From contig OX597825.1 in NCBI GenBank assembly GCA_951406725.2, forward strand, positions 39,804,001-39,868,000: 64,000 nucleotides of DNA. Direction: 5' to 3'. A program made the translations under genes and the position numbers. Each line of letters starts with the position of its first letter. Positions within the stretch are counted from its first letter, which is position 1. Positions 12,246-27,887 of the stretch are shown here, piece after piece. Origin of the DNA: Octopus vulgaris. Lineage: Eukaryota. The notes under the pieces were generated by a model, which saw nothing but the letters and a program-made list of their open reading frames with translations, made no database searches and had not been told where the DNA came from.

Positions 12246-15200
12246 GTCAGCAAGTTTCTTATCATACAGCGACGTCTGCGCCTACATGTATGTGTATGTA
12301 TACACAAGCACACACACACACACACACATGCGTGTGCTTACACTAATATATATATTCATATATATATATGTATGTATACACATGTATATATATGTATAAA
12401 ATACGTATCGACGTATATAGACACGTGCGTACGCATACGCTCTTACACCCACACTTACATTTATTACATTGTTTCATATTAAACTGCAATTTCACACAAG
12501 TTTCTGCTGGATAAGTGTCGTAGTGTCCTTTGATTCAGTTGTAATAAATGTTCTTCCAAGATACACATTCCTAAGCAGTTTTGTTTTCTTCAAGGCTTTA
12601 TTCATGTGTGTGGCTGAAGGGAATATGAAACTGTGATAAAACTATTTGTTGGAAAACCGTTAATAGTTTTACACTACCCAGTAATTATTCAACGGCAAAA
12701 TGCTCTGTATGGAGAGGATACCGTCTCAAATTTATCAATGACACTCCCAAAAGATAAATATAGTAGTTCTATAGTAATCAATTTTTGGTATTCAGCCCAG
12801 AACTGACTGGTGCAGCTTCAGTGATACCATATGTAACTATGAAAAAGAGAATCATTAAAGCATGTTCTTTGACTGAATGTCAATGTGAAAACTCAAAATA
12901 CAAGATAGAGTATGTGGAAATATATCTGACAAAATCAGTTTCTTTGAAGCACTAAGGATTGGCAAGTTGGAAGCCGCTCTTTCGACATGCAGCATGTTGC
13001 AAAACAAATATATAATCAGCGATCACTAGTCAACATACAATCATTTTTTAAATTCAAATCCAGTAGATATTCTGTTTCTTCAAATTTATGAAACATTGAT
13101 AGTGATATTTGTGTTTAAGAATGTTTTGAAGTGTTTAAGAAGATTTTAAATGTAAGATGGTTTTCCTCTTACTATGACATCCGAATCAGTTTTTCTCCTA
13201 AATTTGCGACCCTCTCCTACTTGTCATTCTGCCGAGTGTGAGGTGTTGACTTTCCTGCTGCTCACCCTCAGATCTTAACTTTCTCACCTATTCCACTATG
13301 ATCTTTGTTCCACATACTCACACCATCTCTTCTAAGAACAAACTTTCTGATCATAATAGTTACCCATTATATATTGGATCATAATTTGTTCCTTCCTATG
13401 TGTTTAAAACTCAAGGTAACACATACTTCTAATATCAGTACTTTTACGTGCAGGACAATTTTCCCCTTGTTAGTTTATACGTTTAATTTGGCATATTAAA
13501 ACATCAATGTCTGGAACGTAAAATTATATGGAAGATTCCCTTTTGACGTTGAGCATGACATATTTCTTTTTACGGTATACATACATCTACTATTTAAAAA
13601 AAAATATATTTTAAGTGAACTATACTTCTTTACGAAACCAGCAATAATGAAAGTAATTTTATTTAATAAACAACTGCGTAATGCATCATTGCAGAAATTT
13701 GATAACAAAAACATTTCTTAGATAATAATGGCGTTATACTATTTATATGTTGGATGGAAGAGAAAGCATGACAACATCAAAGATACATAATGTTTCATAT
13801 AGGATAAAATACGGCTAGAACGACAACATCAAAGAATGATAGGAAATCAAATCAAATATGAAAAAATATATCCATGCAAATGTCTCTGGAAAATAGAAAA
13901 AAGAAACCAATTCATACATTTATAGCCGATATAAATTGTCTTTAAAGATAGGATTCAGGAGTCAATAGAAATAGTAAAATATATTATACCAGGATGGTAT
14001 CTATGGATAGTTGAAGTTCGAAGTAAATACTAAAATAATATGTATGCTGAAATACAAAATCATAAATGTTAATATTTTCAGAACAAAGTAATATTGTATC
14101 AAAGAAACATATCTCAACGGACTACTATAGCAAATACAATTATGAAAATAAGTAACATAAAAAGAGTAAAACATTATCTATTATGATTCTTATTATAGAC
14201 AACAAAGTGACAGACGAAATAAACTGGCTTGCAATATAAGTGATATTCGTTAGTGTCGATAGTGAATTTGTAATACAACAAAAGAAAACGATTTACTCTA
14301 TCGAAGCACATTTCATGCCTTCATTACTCACAAAACGCATACGTCAGATTCAATATTCGAAACATTTGGAGGAATAACGATGAATAGCAGTCGACAACTT
14401 ATGAGAAGCAACCTCTCACACAACCAATATGTAGCCACTGCAGCAGCGTAATATTAATTTCTAATTTCATATGAAATATCTTGTGATATTCCCCATATAT
14501 TTCTATGTCTGCAAATACATGCAGTACTTTTCAGTATACACGAAATCGTAATTGGTTATGTATAATTCCTGATGCCTGTGTAAAGATACTTCAAATCACA
14601 GTTATAACCAAATGCAATGAAATGTTTTTCTAGGCAGTACAGGCATTCCATACTTTTGTGTGATGCATATGCTATATTTCTAGGTGACATGTTTCCCTGG
14701 TGAATGCCTAGAATGTTTGCATGATAGTTTGCCACAATTTGAAACCCAGCTTCGTCTCATAACAAATAATTGCTATTTATAATTTATATATGCGAGATTT
14801 TGTGACGGTAAACGAATCAAGGACAACTCTATCCACGAGATATCATTTTACAAGGAAACTGGAAAACGTTGGATGATGCAAATGATAGGACGTGATGCGT
14901 GTACGCAATAGGCGTGCCAAATGGATAATTTGATGGAATTTCACTTGGAATTGTGTATATAAGAAATGCTTATAAAATAGCGGCACAAACCTTTGTCCAT
15001 CAAAATATCGTTCTTTTGTTTGACAAAAAAAAATGCCGTAATAGAAACTTAGGGGGAAAAACCAAACGTTCACTTCTTCAATCATATTGCAACTACAAAT
15101 TACAACTTCTCAAACAACTTCCTTCAGAAGAACAAATAAGAACAGCATATTTAAGTCATATACATTAAACAAATTACTAAGTTATATGGCTGATAGAGCA

Positions 15201-16494
15201 TGCAGAGAAATCGTGTTCTTGAACCGTATGTTTATAGTTCCTTTCTGTATTTACAATAACTTTTAGATACATAAAACATGATCTACGTCAACTTTTCCTC
15301 TTTTCATGAAACAGCGCTAAAACTTTGTACTGAATTGACATTAAATTAATGTTAGAAAAATCACATTGACAGAAAAAGTGTCATTAAAACAATTAAACAA
15401 TCATATCTTCAGTTGAAGTTGTCACCGTAGCAAGTTCTCTGCGCATACTACTATGGTAGTAAATTTGAGATATCCTTTAACGAAATGACTTCCTATATTA
15501 ACATATTTAAGCAACATATAACATTCAATTACTGATAACAATGTTCCTTTGTTCCAAAATTTTTATTCTTTCAGACAGAACTGGTGTTATTATACCTAAC
15601 GTTACAACATAGATAACAACGACATTTTTTCTAATTATCATTTTACACATCCTCTATCGTATTCTTTGACAGATACAACATATCTTTGTAAACTGCCAGC
15701 ATTTCTATGGATTTCATATCTCTTGATATATTTTTGTTTTACATTTTCATTAATCGGATTAGAGTTGATAAAAATAAATAACGCGAGAAGGGAATCTACC
15801 ATGAAATTGGTACTTTAAATAAAATCATATTAAAGTCAGATTTATGGCATATGTGAAGACAGAAAAAATGAAGCAACAATTAATATAACCGAAATCTCAC
15901 AAATATCCACTAACATACAGATTATATTTCACATGTATACTTAAAATAAATGACCAATGATCGCATATGTATAACTTCCTGCTCTATTTTTTATTTATTT
16001 ATAAATTAATTTCAATACATGATTTATTGTCTTGATTCACAAAAGGGAAAGAAGCAAAATCTATTTCTAATCATTTAATAAAAGAAAAGCACAAGCCAAG
16101 TCTTCACGAGACTGAAGGAAATGTAGAATACTCTACACCGTTATTCGATATGCTAGTTGCTTAAAATCTGTTTTTAATTACATTTATCTACCTGAAGTCT
16201 TGGAAATACACTCTGAAAGTAATATAGTCGAAACAGAATGATATCATCATGGTCACAGGCCACTTTTATTATAACGTTTGCTGGCGAAATTTCATCAGTA
16301 ATTAAACAAGAAAGACACTAATGAACAATGGTGAGGTAGGATGTTATTTTATTTTTTACTGTTGTTTCGATTTGATTATGAAATTGTTAAGGAACATATA
16401 TGAAACTAAAGTGGACAAAGACAAGAATATCATAACAAGGAACCTGAAATCTGCAGTTACAACATATATATATATATACATTCATACACATAAA

Positions 16495-16563
<69 letters not shown>

Positions 16564-16564
16564 A

Positions 16565-17826
16565 CAGTGGCGGCCAAATTGTTCAGAATGGTATTGTTTT
16601 CGTTAGAAAAGTAGGTATAATTTTTTATCAAAGATGTTTTATATTCTATAATTTTCACAGACAAGAAATACAATATTATTAGCTATTGCCTGAGATTTTG
16701 TCGTAATTTGAGAGAATAATAAAAAAGTTATGGATGATTTAGTGATTTACTGCAAAGAGAGAAGATCGTGCTATGGTAAATTTAGTTAAAAAGGACAGAT
16801 TTAAAACTGCTGCTGCTGTTTCTCGGAAAATGAGCATTGTATTGAAGAAAATTTTATCTCGAAAAACTGTGTCTCGTCGTTTAGTTAAACATGACCTACA
16901 AGCAAGAGCACCTGCAGTGAAGCCACTGATCAGCTCCAAGAATAAAAAGTGTCATCTTACCTTTGCAACCGAACATGTGTTTTGGTCTCAAGAAAAATGG
17001 CAAACTGTGCATTTCAGTGATGAATCTAAGTTTATACTATTTGGCTCAGATGGGAAATGGTACGTTCGTAGAAAAGTAGGTGAAAAATTGTTGCCTTAAG
17101 ACTAGTGTTCAATTCGGTGGAGGAAGTGTCATGGTTTAGGAAATGATATCTGGAGATGGTGTGGGCCCTTTGATGCGATTACATGGAAAGTTAAATGCAG
17201 GAGTTTATAAACAACTTGTAAAAGATCATGTCTTGCCTGTGCTGAGAAATTCAACTAAGCGACCACCCATATTCATGCAGGACAATGCCCCATGTCACAA
17301 GGCTAAGGTGGTCATGAACTTCCTCAAGGCTGAAAAGGTTATTGTTATGGATTGGCCAGCTCAAAGCCCATGTCTCAATCCTATTGAAAATGTGTGGAAT
17401 ATTTCTAGGAGAACGTTCGAAAGCCAGAAATCATAAAACAACTGAGCAATTATGGAATGCCATTCAGGAAGAATGGAATAAGATCACACAGCAAGAAATT
17501 GAAAATTTAAGTTCCTCATGCAGTCGAAGATGTCAGAGTGTGAAGCTTAAGGGCTTCACACTAAATATTAAATAATTGCAGTATTCTCTGTCATTTTTGA
17601 TTATTGTGTTATTTTTTCAACCGTTCTGATCATTTTGGCTGGCATGGGTTTTGCAGTAAATCATTAAATCATTCATAACTTTTGTATTATCCTCTCAAAT
17701 TACACTCAATAACAATTAATATTGCATTTATTGTCTGTAAAAATTATACAATATAAAACAGCTTTGATAAAAAGTATACCTACTTTTCTGACGAAAACAA
17801 TGCCGTTCTGAACATTTTGGCCGCAA

Positions 17827-17829
<3 letters not shown>
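16565..17829 (+). mobile_element. Tc1-family DNA transposon (DD34E) with IR/DR-type long TIRs, internally deleted, non-autonomous
   Basis: TA|CAGTGGCGGCCAAATTGTTCAGAA ... TTCTGAACATTTTGGCCGCAACTG|TA; TIR similarity extends ~190 bp; inserted in (TA)n. Confidence 0.95.
16750..17575 (+). pseudogene. Tc1 transposase pseudogene lacking the N-terminal HTH
   Basis: KPLIS..NKK, VHFSDESKF, FMQDNAPCH, WPAQSPCLNPIENVW with 34 residues between D and E; broken by stops and frameshifts. Confidence 0.93.
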
Positions 17830-17897
<68 letters not shown>

Positions 17898-17922
17898 CGT
17901 ATATACACACACATACACACAC

Positions 17923-17982
<60 letters not shown>

Positions 17983-18007
17983 TATATGTTACATTACTCG
18001 GTAGTCA

Positions 18008-18070
18008 AGATAAAACTCTGAGTTTCAGATGCCGAAGTGGGAATCCACAACACCATCTCTTCGGTTATCT
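18008..18070 (-). ncRNA. Variant type I hammerhead-like motif (CCGAAGA core); inverted copy at 18828-18886(+)
   Basis: agataa CCGAAGA gatg..catct GAAAC tcagaGTT ttatct: 6-bp stem I, near-palindromic stem III, U4C deviation. Confidence 0.6.
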
Positions 18071-18263
18071 GGCTATTTGAAAACGTTATGAAAAAATACC
18101 GTTAAATAAAGGGAAATTACTCTGTTATAACTCTGCTTGCCTGCGTACTTATACATCGCTCGCATTTTTCGTCATAAAAATTATATAAAAATACATAAAA
18201 AATATATAAAAAATATATAAAAATATATAATTTCTTCTTGGGACATAACATAGAAAGCATGTT

Positions 18264-18827
18264 CTATCTGTTTTCTTTAGGGGACCAAAAACGTAACAGA
18301 AATGTATTCACATGTGGGCATGATCCGAAAAGCTCTGTCCTTGTATTTAGACATGTAGTAGGGTCTAAGCTGCTTTTCCAGATAAGCCATCTCTCCATGT
18401 CGCATAGACCGCACCTTCCGCTGCCGTTAGTATAGGGCTTACATCTGGCCAAAATCTTCCATTGTATGTTATAATCGACACCTTTATCTCTTAAAGACCA
18501 AATATGATTAGACAATTGTGTCGCTTTTCTTTTGTTCCAGTGCCTAAAGCTCAAAGTGTGGTTATTGAACCTGGCCTTGAAATCACCCTCTGTAAGGCCC
18601 ACGTATTTCTTCGTCGAAACGGTGTCTTTAGTGGTTATAGAGTTTACGGTAGCTTCATATATGATGGTCTTGGACATGCAAGCTCCATTTAGCGGGCACA
18701 ATTCTTTATTCCTGCATGAACAGCTGTTTTCTTCTTGTGTTTTTTGTATGTTATGTTTGATTATGTTTTTAAAATTGGTAGTTGAACTAAAACAAATTCT
18801 TAAATTGTGTCTATTGAAGAGTTTCCT
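18264..18827 (-). CDS. Penelope-like GIY-YIG endonuclease domain (C-terminal ORF fragment, open frame without a start codon)
   Basis: RKLFNRHNLRICFS..CSCRNKELCPLNGAC..IIYEAT..KYVGLTEGDFKARFNNH..SF..CGLCDME..LNTRTELFGSCPH; no stop up to the truncation junction. Confidence 0.88.
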   Translation of the reverse strand, partial: RKLFNRHNLRICFSSTTNFKNIIKHNIQKTQEENSCSCRNKELCPLNGACMSKTIIYEATVNSITTKDTVSTKKYVGLTEGDFKARFNNHTLSFRHWNKRKATQLSNHIWSLRDKGVDYNIQWKILARCKPYTNGSGRCGLCDMERWLIWKSSLDPTTCLNTRTELFGSCPHVNTFLLRFWSPKENR

Positions 18828-18986
18828 ATAACCGAAGAGATGGTGTTGTGGATTCCCACTTCGGAATCTGAAACTCAGAGTTTTATCTTGACTACCGAGT
18901 AATGTAACATATTGTATAGATAAATATCCTCTATTTACATAATATTGAGGTCTCTTTCTCTCTTTTGTTATCTTACCGTTTTATCA

Positions 18987-19026
<40 letters not shown>

Positions 19027-20458
19027 GACACATTTCGCTGCATCTATGTTTTTCGAGAATCATTAGTTTAGTTGGAGATTTGTAAAGGAATAACGAACTT
19101 TTTAATAATTTCTATTATAAATCACAACTCTTTACATTTATAATTAATTGGATATTGCATATTGGCATTGCAAAATACGAACTGTATATTGTCAAATATG
19201 TTTGATACATTTATTGCAATTTACAGAGATCAGATTATGCTTGTGTATGCTTATCTTCCCTGGGGTGAGCCGTAAAGAGCTGAACCGGCCGCGTAGCTGA
19301 AAATATATGTCCCCGTGTTCTATCCTCTATACAATTATGTTGTCCAAAATACGGAATGATAATATTTTGATTATAAAAAATATAGATACTGAACCAACTA
19401 ATTCCCAGATATTTAGAAACTGATATGAATAAGATAATTTATATAATTATCAGTCTGATTACTACAGATTTAGAATTATATCAACCAGAGTTCGGAACAA
19501 TGGCAAATTGTGATACTATGGAAAAAGAATTTTACGTAATATACCCCAATTTAAGTCTACCATATGGAGCTATATGCTTAAGCCTGAGTCAAAACTGATA
19601 TCAAGTTTTCAGTATCAGAGCGATTGTACAAGATAAAGGTAATTTTTGGTAATATAGCTGAGTACTATAACATTTAACTGCTTCTAGATTTCATCACCCA
19701 TTCTCTTTGCGAATTTATCATTTTATATGATGCAATTTGTAACTTATGCCGATCAACACATATTTTATCGAATTTATTTAAATATGTGTATTTTCCTTAA
19801 CAACTGCTACTAATATTTGAAATTTGTCTTCAGCTACTGCTCCATTCATGTAAAGAATCTCAGGTATAAGTGAACGATTGATACTCTATAAGTGTATGCT
19901 GACTTGTGGTGCTATAATCGTACAAGATATTAACTTAAACATTTAAAATAACTGGAATAATTTTATTGTTGGTAAAGCAAGGCATTGGTTCTTTCTCCAG
20001 AAGTATTGAACCAATGCATGTGAATAGATAGCTATGTATTTATTGATATCATCTGAAATTTAGCCATTACATGTATTATAATAATCTCACATTCTATTGT
20101 TAATATTTACTGTTTTACATTTAAGCGCAGATATTTTCCTTTGAAATGAGATTTATAATGAATGTAAATCGGTATAATACAAATATGACCTATTTGCTTG
20201 CTGTAGTCATAAACAATTAATTTCTTTGTTTATTGACTCTCTTAATTATTTTCAAAATGAATAAAAGATATCCTCAAATTTATATTTATATACATTCAGG
20301 CAGTTTTACGCTCACTAAGAGCTTCTGGTACGGGATACGCAATTTTATCATAATTCATCGTATTCAGAACATGTGGAGTTGAGATCTGCTACAATATAGA
20401 CCTTCATATGGACAGCCCGCATGTGCACACACACATACACACATGCATATAAATACAT

Positions 20459-20588
<130 letters not shown>

Positions 20589-20785
20589 ATTTATCTAAAC
20601 ACACACATATAACGTGCACCCGTCAGTAAGTTAAAGATCCTTGAACATAAATATCCTGAATTCATAATTGAAATCATGATTAGAATCAAATATGTTGAAA
20701 CTACATGAACCGGAACTTAGAATTGCTTGAAAGATTTAAATGTATCTCAGTAAAATTCATACATGGTGTTGTCAGTCTGTCTCTG

Positions 20786-20830
<45 letters not shown>

Positions 20831-20879
20831 TACTATATATGCATTCATGCATGCTTACGTACATACATAAACACATACT

Positions 20880-20925
<46 letters not shown>

Positions 20926-23789
20926 CACACACACATATATATATATATACATACACACATACACATTCATAAACACACACATTTACATAGTTAAGGGAGA
21001 TAATATTCACATCAGTGTAACCAGAGAATCAGAGAAACATATTATTGTGTACATTGTTCACTTCATTTATATAATTATCGTTCTGATTACCGCAAATTTT
21101 TACTCAAATGAAATATGGAAAGTAAGAGAAATTGTTTATCTTGTAATTATAATAGACATTTCGGTGTAATATATTTACAGTTTAACCGGGTATTGTATTC
21201 TAAGCTCTATTTTATAATATTATTATGTTTCTCATTTACTGATTGTCATGTAAACAAGATTTCAAAAACGTAAGGAAGTATCAAGTAATCTTTATAAGAT
21301 ACATTTGGTATAGGTTTAGTGTCATAATATCATTACAATGAATTCCCTAATCATCAACAAACAATTGCAAAAATATAAATTCAGTCTCTGATGGAGGCAA
21401 TAAACAGAATTGAGAGAAACTATAAAAGAACGAAAATTGCACCGTGAAAGGTAATTTTTTAAAATGTCCTGTAATCTAATATGTATAATATAGACAGTGA
21501 GTATATGTATGAGAGTGTGAGAGTTGATGGACAATTATCAATGTAGCAGCAATATACAACACAATGTGAGCACTTAATACACCTCAACAAGATTTAATTA
21601 TCGGCTGGCATGAAAACAGCCTTGTATGCATACATACACGTTGGCACTCACTGACACACATGAACACACACACAATCAAACGCACACGCACAAACAGACG
21701 CACACACACGCACACAATGATATGTACACATGAGCACGAATAATAGTTTCTACATTTATGTATATAAAAATGTGAATAATGGAACATGTCTTTGTGTGCG
21801 TGTGAAACCATATTATTATATGTGTTAATTGTGTGTCAGAGTATGCGGCACAATTTATCACATTCCATTGTTAAAATGCTATAAATGAAAATTGTTTATT
21901 AATGTTGTATGACAGATGAGCTTGTACTAGGATCGGTCCTTAGCTAAATGTTATACTTAATTTTGTATCTCTCAGGATCATGCATTTTCTCACTAATTGT
22001 ATATATTACAAAAATGTACGTAATAGAGTGTTCACAGGATGAAAAACGAAATTGTAAAGGTGTTTCAGTTCTAATGGGAATGAAACCAAATGCAATATAA
22101 TTCCCAAGTTCAATATATAATTATGTATGTGTGTGGATTTGTTTGCGTGAGTGTGTGTGTGTGAGAGTTTGTGTACGTGTGCTTATGTGTGTAAGTGTGT
22201 GCGTGTATGTATGTGTGTGTAATTAGCTGATTAAGGTGTGTACGTATTGGTTGAGATTTGTAGCTGTGTGTTCATTCCATTATATTTTCCCGCAGATAGA
22301 CGGTGAAACTTGATGTGCCACTATGTTCTGGAAATCTTGCTTATTGTTCTAGTGAATATTTCTGGATTTGAATCCTTACAATATACTCACCTTCTCAGTT
22401 TAGATAAGTACACATATCTTTGTTCCTTTGATAAATGGCCTGGATCTATCCAGAATTTTGCATTTGATGCTATATGGTGTTCCTTTTTTTTAGGTCCCAT
22501 CTCGTTTTGAAAGAACCGGTGCTGTCCTTTTTTCTGGATATTTATAGGATATATATGTCAGTAGTACCGTTGTTTGAACTAACTTGTACCAAACCCACAT
22601 ATTTTTCGTCGCTCTCTGCCCGGTTTCAACTGGTGTAATGGTAGTTTCATATGCTATATACTTCACATATCAATCTTTTTGTAGTATATTGCCCTCTTTT
22701 CTACTTCAGAAACATCCATTTTCTCTTCGGATATAATTTTCTGTATGACTGTCAACATTATAGAAGGCCTGCAGGAATAGCTGATTTTTACTGAATACCA
22801 ACTGAATATCATATAGATAAGCATTCCCCACCACTCAACATAATGTAGTAAGATACTCAGTAGGCTTTCACTGAGAACGTTTACTGAAGTCTACAGGATT
22901 TGTAGCGCTGTGGCTTCACACGCTATACATTTCAATAATGCGTAGTAAATCACATGTTAGGCAAAAAGTGTAATGGAGAGAACATATGAGGAGCTGGTTC
23001 AACAATAGTGACAAGGAAGTTTGAAAATTGGGTTTATAGGGAAAACTTTAGTTGTAGTGCCATTGATGTAATTCAGGGGAATGATACATGAATAAGACGA
23101 CGGAGAAGACTTATCTGTTTCTTATATTATTGAGCGCAATAATATTGTGCAGCTATACTGTGGTATAGAATAACAACATGATATCCATATCAAATCGCAA
23201 GAACAATGATTGCTTCTTTTAACATTAATGGTATAAGAAAGAGCAGCTATTTTTACCTCTTTCAAAAGCTAATAAATGGTATTGGTTGCGGTAGATCCGG
23301 CAAACATGAAAGGGATGCATGTTTATCTTCTACTATATACTGACTAATTAATTAAGAAAAATATCCTAAGCAACTCTTCCAGATCACCGCTGTTTCTAAT
23401 TTGGATGCAAATACAGTAACCTATAAGATGCTGTTATCGGTATTACAATACTAAGGTCTGATACTTTATATTTTAAATCTTCGATGGATAAATTGCATTG
23501 TCAATCCCCGCATCATTTAAATTCGGACTGCACGGGGAACTAACACGAGTATAAATTTCCTGTTCCAATAACAAGTGTGCTACGCTTACATCTATTCTGC
23601 CATATTTATTATGAGACGCAGGTCTTCGTTGAAATTCTGAAGAACACAATTCACGGGATATAGTTTAATTAAACTGTAGGCTTATTCCCAGAAATCTTGA
23701 AAGATACTATAGAATATACTAGGGTGAATTAAGCACTTGTATATGACATAGATATATAATACACAGAAACAAACTCATACACACACACA

Positions 23790-24070
23790 TGCATACATAG
23801 GGCAATCTGCTGAAAAGTAATAAGGCTGACCAAGATACTCTTATGGAAGGTGACCAAATGAAGTGTATTTTTCAACATACTTTCTGCGCTCCATACTTTT
23901 CGTCTATAGGTGTTGCAGTGCTTCGATCCCATTGGCGAAGGAGCTTTAATTAGTTGGAGAAAAATGTCAATAATACAAGGTAAAATGTCATCATCACTGT
24001 GATACTGGTTCACAGCCAAGTGTTTCTCCATATTGGGTAAAGGAGAATTTTCAGATGGAGGCACATCAGG
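23790..24070. mobile_element. Probable mariner-like transposon end fragment
   Basis: gctgaaaagtaataaggctgacc terminal-like sequence followed by ttttcaacata...gtgttgcagtgcttcgatccc, resembling invertebrate mariner ends; no partner TIR found. Confidence 0.4.
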
Positions 24071-24094
24071 AAATATATGTATGCAAGTATTATG

Positions 24095-24160
<66 letters not shown>

Positions 24161-24191
24161 ATCAAAATAAGCAACAGTATATCAAGAGTTG

Positions 24192-24279
24192 ATGCAGTAC
24201 AACCGTTTCAAGTGGCTCCATTTAGTTGAACAATGCAAGCATTACGTCAATTTAAATGCAGGGTTATCCTCAGCTGCAT
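24192..24279 (-). ncRNA. Type I hammerhead ribozyme motif with extended stem II (family B)
   Basis: Reverse strand: atgcag CTGAGGA ...~57 nt... GAAAC ggtt GTA ctgcat; 6-bp stem I; homologue at 34670-34754(+). Confidence 0.7.
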
Positions 24280-25029
24280 AAATAAATATAATTTTTCAAT
24301 CAGTTGGACACATTAATATAATTTTACTCAAATTCTCTAACAGTGCAAGATGCGGGAGAACGTCCATGTTGCTACTAATGTGACTTCTAAGAACTGTATG
24401 AAGTTTGTTAGGGTCATGTCTTGTAAATGATTGTGGTTCACTTTTAAGTCGTTAGTCTTTTTTCTATCTACTACCTCATCTAATGCTGAAGGACAGTGTC
24501 TATTTAGAATGGATAGTGAGAGTGAGTTGACAGTTTATAGTTGGGCATCGCCATAAATATTGCCTTGATTGTAGAAAATGTATATTTAACTGTCTATAAA
24601 GTAGGTAGGTTAGGAGAAGACACTAAAGCAATACGTTGATACCAGTTAAAAGGGACGACGCTAATAAAGCATATGATGTTAATACAGAAGAAATTATCAT
24701 GGAGTACAATGGATGATTGTATATAAACAATATTGTTATGTTGTATGAAGATAAAATTTAAGATTACTAAAAATTATACTATAACCAGAATAGATAAACT
24801 GTGTATATATACCAATTTTCAAAATTAGAAAGGGAAGATTACATAGAATTAGTTTAATTTCATACCTATACTTAATTATGTACCTATAAGTTGGTTTCCA
24901 TAAAGATTGCTCGGGTATTTACTTATGGAATATTGGGGCAATAAATCATTATATTAGTTGTAAGCTAAGAATCAGAAGAAAATCAGAAAAATAACCTGGT
25001 AACACAAAATTAAAGGTAACACAAACCGC

Positions 25030-25585
25030 CCCCAGGGCTTGAAAAAGATCACATTTCACTCCTCTGGAACTTCACCATTCAAACTAATAGAAAGGCAAAT
25101 GCGAATAGGCCAAAGACATAAAAAGCATGCCTCCTCATTGATATGACTGTTCCAATCGAAAAAAATGTACCTGTCAACACCTAACAAAACTGAGTAATTA
25201 AACATATGAAATAGAAATTGGCAAAGTGTGTGTCTTGTAAACTAAAACCATATCCGTTCTCATAGGTGTCCTAGGAATAATAGCAAAATGCGTTGATTGC
25301 TACCTAGCCCAGATACCAGGAAACCCCAAATGACAAAAATTTAAAAGGTAGTACTTATAGGAACTGCCGATATCCCATGTCAAATACTGTCTATGAAATC
25401 TCAAATTTTAAACAAACTCATAATTTTTCTTGAATTCTTAAACATTCTTTAGAACAATACTATGTGCAAAACCAAAGATTTGACAACCTAGGAATAACAC
25501 CAACATGATCTTCGAACTTGATTTGTCTTGAGGTCCCTGGGTAAGACTTGTATTCAACTTGTACAAATAGAAGCAAAATTCAAAC

Positions 25586-25588
<3 letters not shown>
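25030..25588 (+). mobile_element. Older degenerate R4/Dong-like 3' fragment (RLE region and 3' UTR)
   Basis: Colinear with 26170-26780 (ctcctctggaacttcaccattcaaact, cctcctcattgatatgactgt, cagataccaggaaaccc); ends at (TAA)n. Confidence 0.85.
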
Positions 25589-25677
<89 letters not shown>

Positions 25678-25703
25678 TAATAATAATAATAATAATAATA
25701 GTA

Positions 25704-25778
<75 letters not shown>

Positions 25779-25801
25779 GTAATAATAATAATAATAATAA
25801 T

Positions 25802-26900
<1,099 letters not shown>

Positions 26901-27192
26901 TAATAATAAGAAAAATAACGACAATTATATGAATTATTAATAGAGTTTTCAATTCTCATTCCAATTAACCAACGATTCTTATTCTGCCTATTATTGAATG
27001 GTCCATTTTTAGAATTCGCTTCAACTCTGTTACTATGCATATATTTAACTTTTACATTACATCTGTGTCTCGCTGTTCATACGTATATAATATTCAGAGT
27101 GTAAGTCAACAAACTTTGCATTGCCTGAGAGTCGTGATAAGGCGAATATTTACTGTTGCATTTATAACTACGGGTGGATGATTTATGTGTTA

Positions 27193-27573
27193 CTAGCAGT
27201 ATCGCCCGGCGTTGCTCAGGTTTGTAAGGGAAATAACTATAAAGCATTTTTAGAGAGTTATAGCCAAAAAATAGCAAAAAAATGGAAAAAAATGATGGTA
27301 AATTTTTTTTAGTTAAAAAAGGTGGAGTTGCGTCCCCTAGACAGTTTGCGGTTTGTGTTTCTGATTCTCGACCCCATGTCGAATTTATCGATTTTTTTCA
27401 GAACTGGGGGAACTTTTAAAAATTTTAGCTGCGTTAGTTTTGAATTATGACATTGGGCTATGTGTGTGTCAAGTTTCATCAGAATCGGTTGAAAGCCGTG
27501 GTCAGGGTGAGGGTACAAGCAAACAGACACACAGAAACACGCACAGACAAACTGCCGTTTATATATAGAGAGA
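27193..27573 (-). mobile_element. Non-autonomous Helitron (381 bp)
   Basis: Minus strand begins A|TC, ends with GC-rich hairpin cctgagcaacgccgggcg then CTAG|T; no target duplication. Confidence 0.8.
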
Positions 27574-27887
27574 TTTCCAACTATCATTAGGTCTGAGGTA
27601 ATGACTTGCACAATTCGTATTCAAGTTTTGCAATACACGTAGAAATTATTAGTTTAACAGTTGATGTGCAATTGTGGTATGATATGTACGTGAATTTTTG
27701 CCTTCAATTTTATTTTTTTCCCTTTAATTCTGCTATGCAAATGAATAGATAAGAACATCTGCTTATAATATACCGATCAAACAATTTTAAGAGATGTCAT
27801 TAACTGTATTGCTCAAAAACTCTGCTTGGCTAAAAAAAAACAACATAAACATATATTTACCTTTTTACAGATATAACATGAGTAAAG

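Larger units (their letters stand above)
17982..18989 (-). mobile_element. 5'-truncated Penelope-like element (probably Naiad-type) with an inverted pseudo-LTR
   Basis: GIY-YIG ORF on the minus strand; 17984-18068 and 18828-18911 are inverted copies carrying a hammerhead-like fold; (TA)n on both sides. Confidence 0.88.

Noticed and set aside
18100-18260. SECIS element in the Penelope 3' UTR
   Set aside because: An ATGA is present on the minus strand but without the correct AA spacing or stem, and the ORF fragment has no in-frame TGA
22300-22850. Possible R4/Dong 5' region relic, also 28290-28700
   Set aside because: Composition is suggestive but no motif could be read
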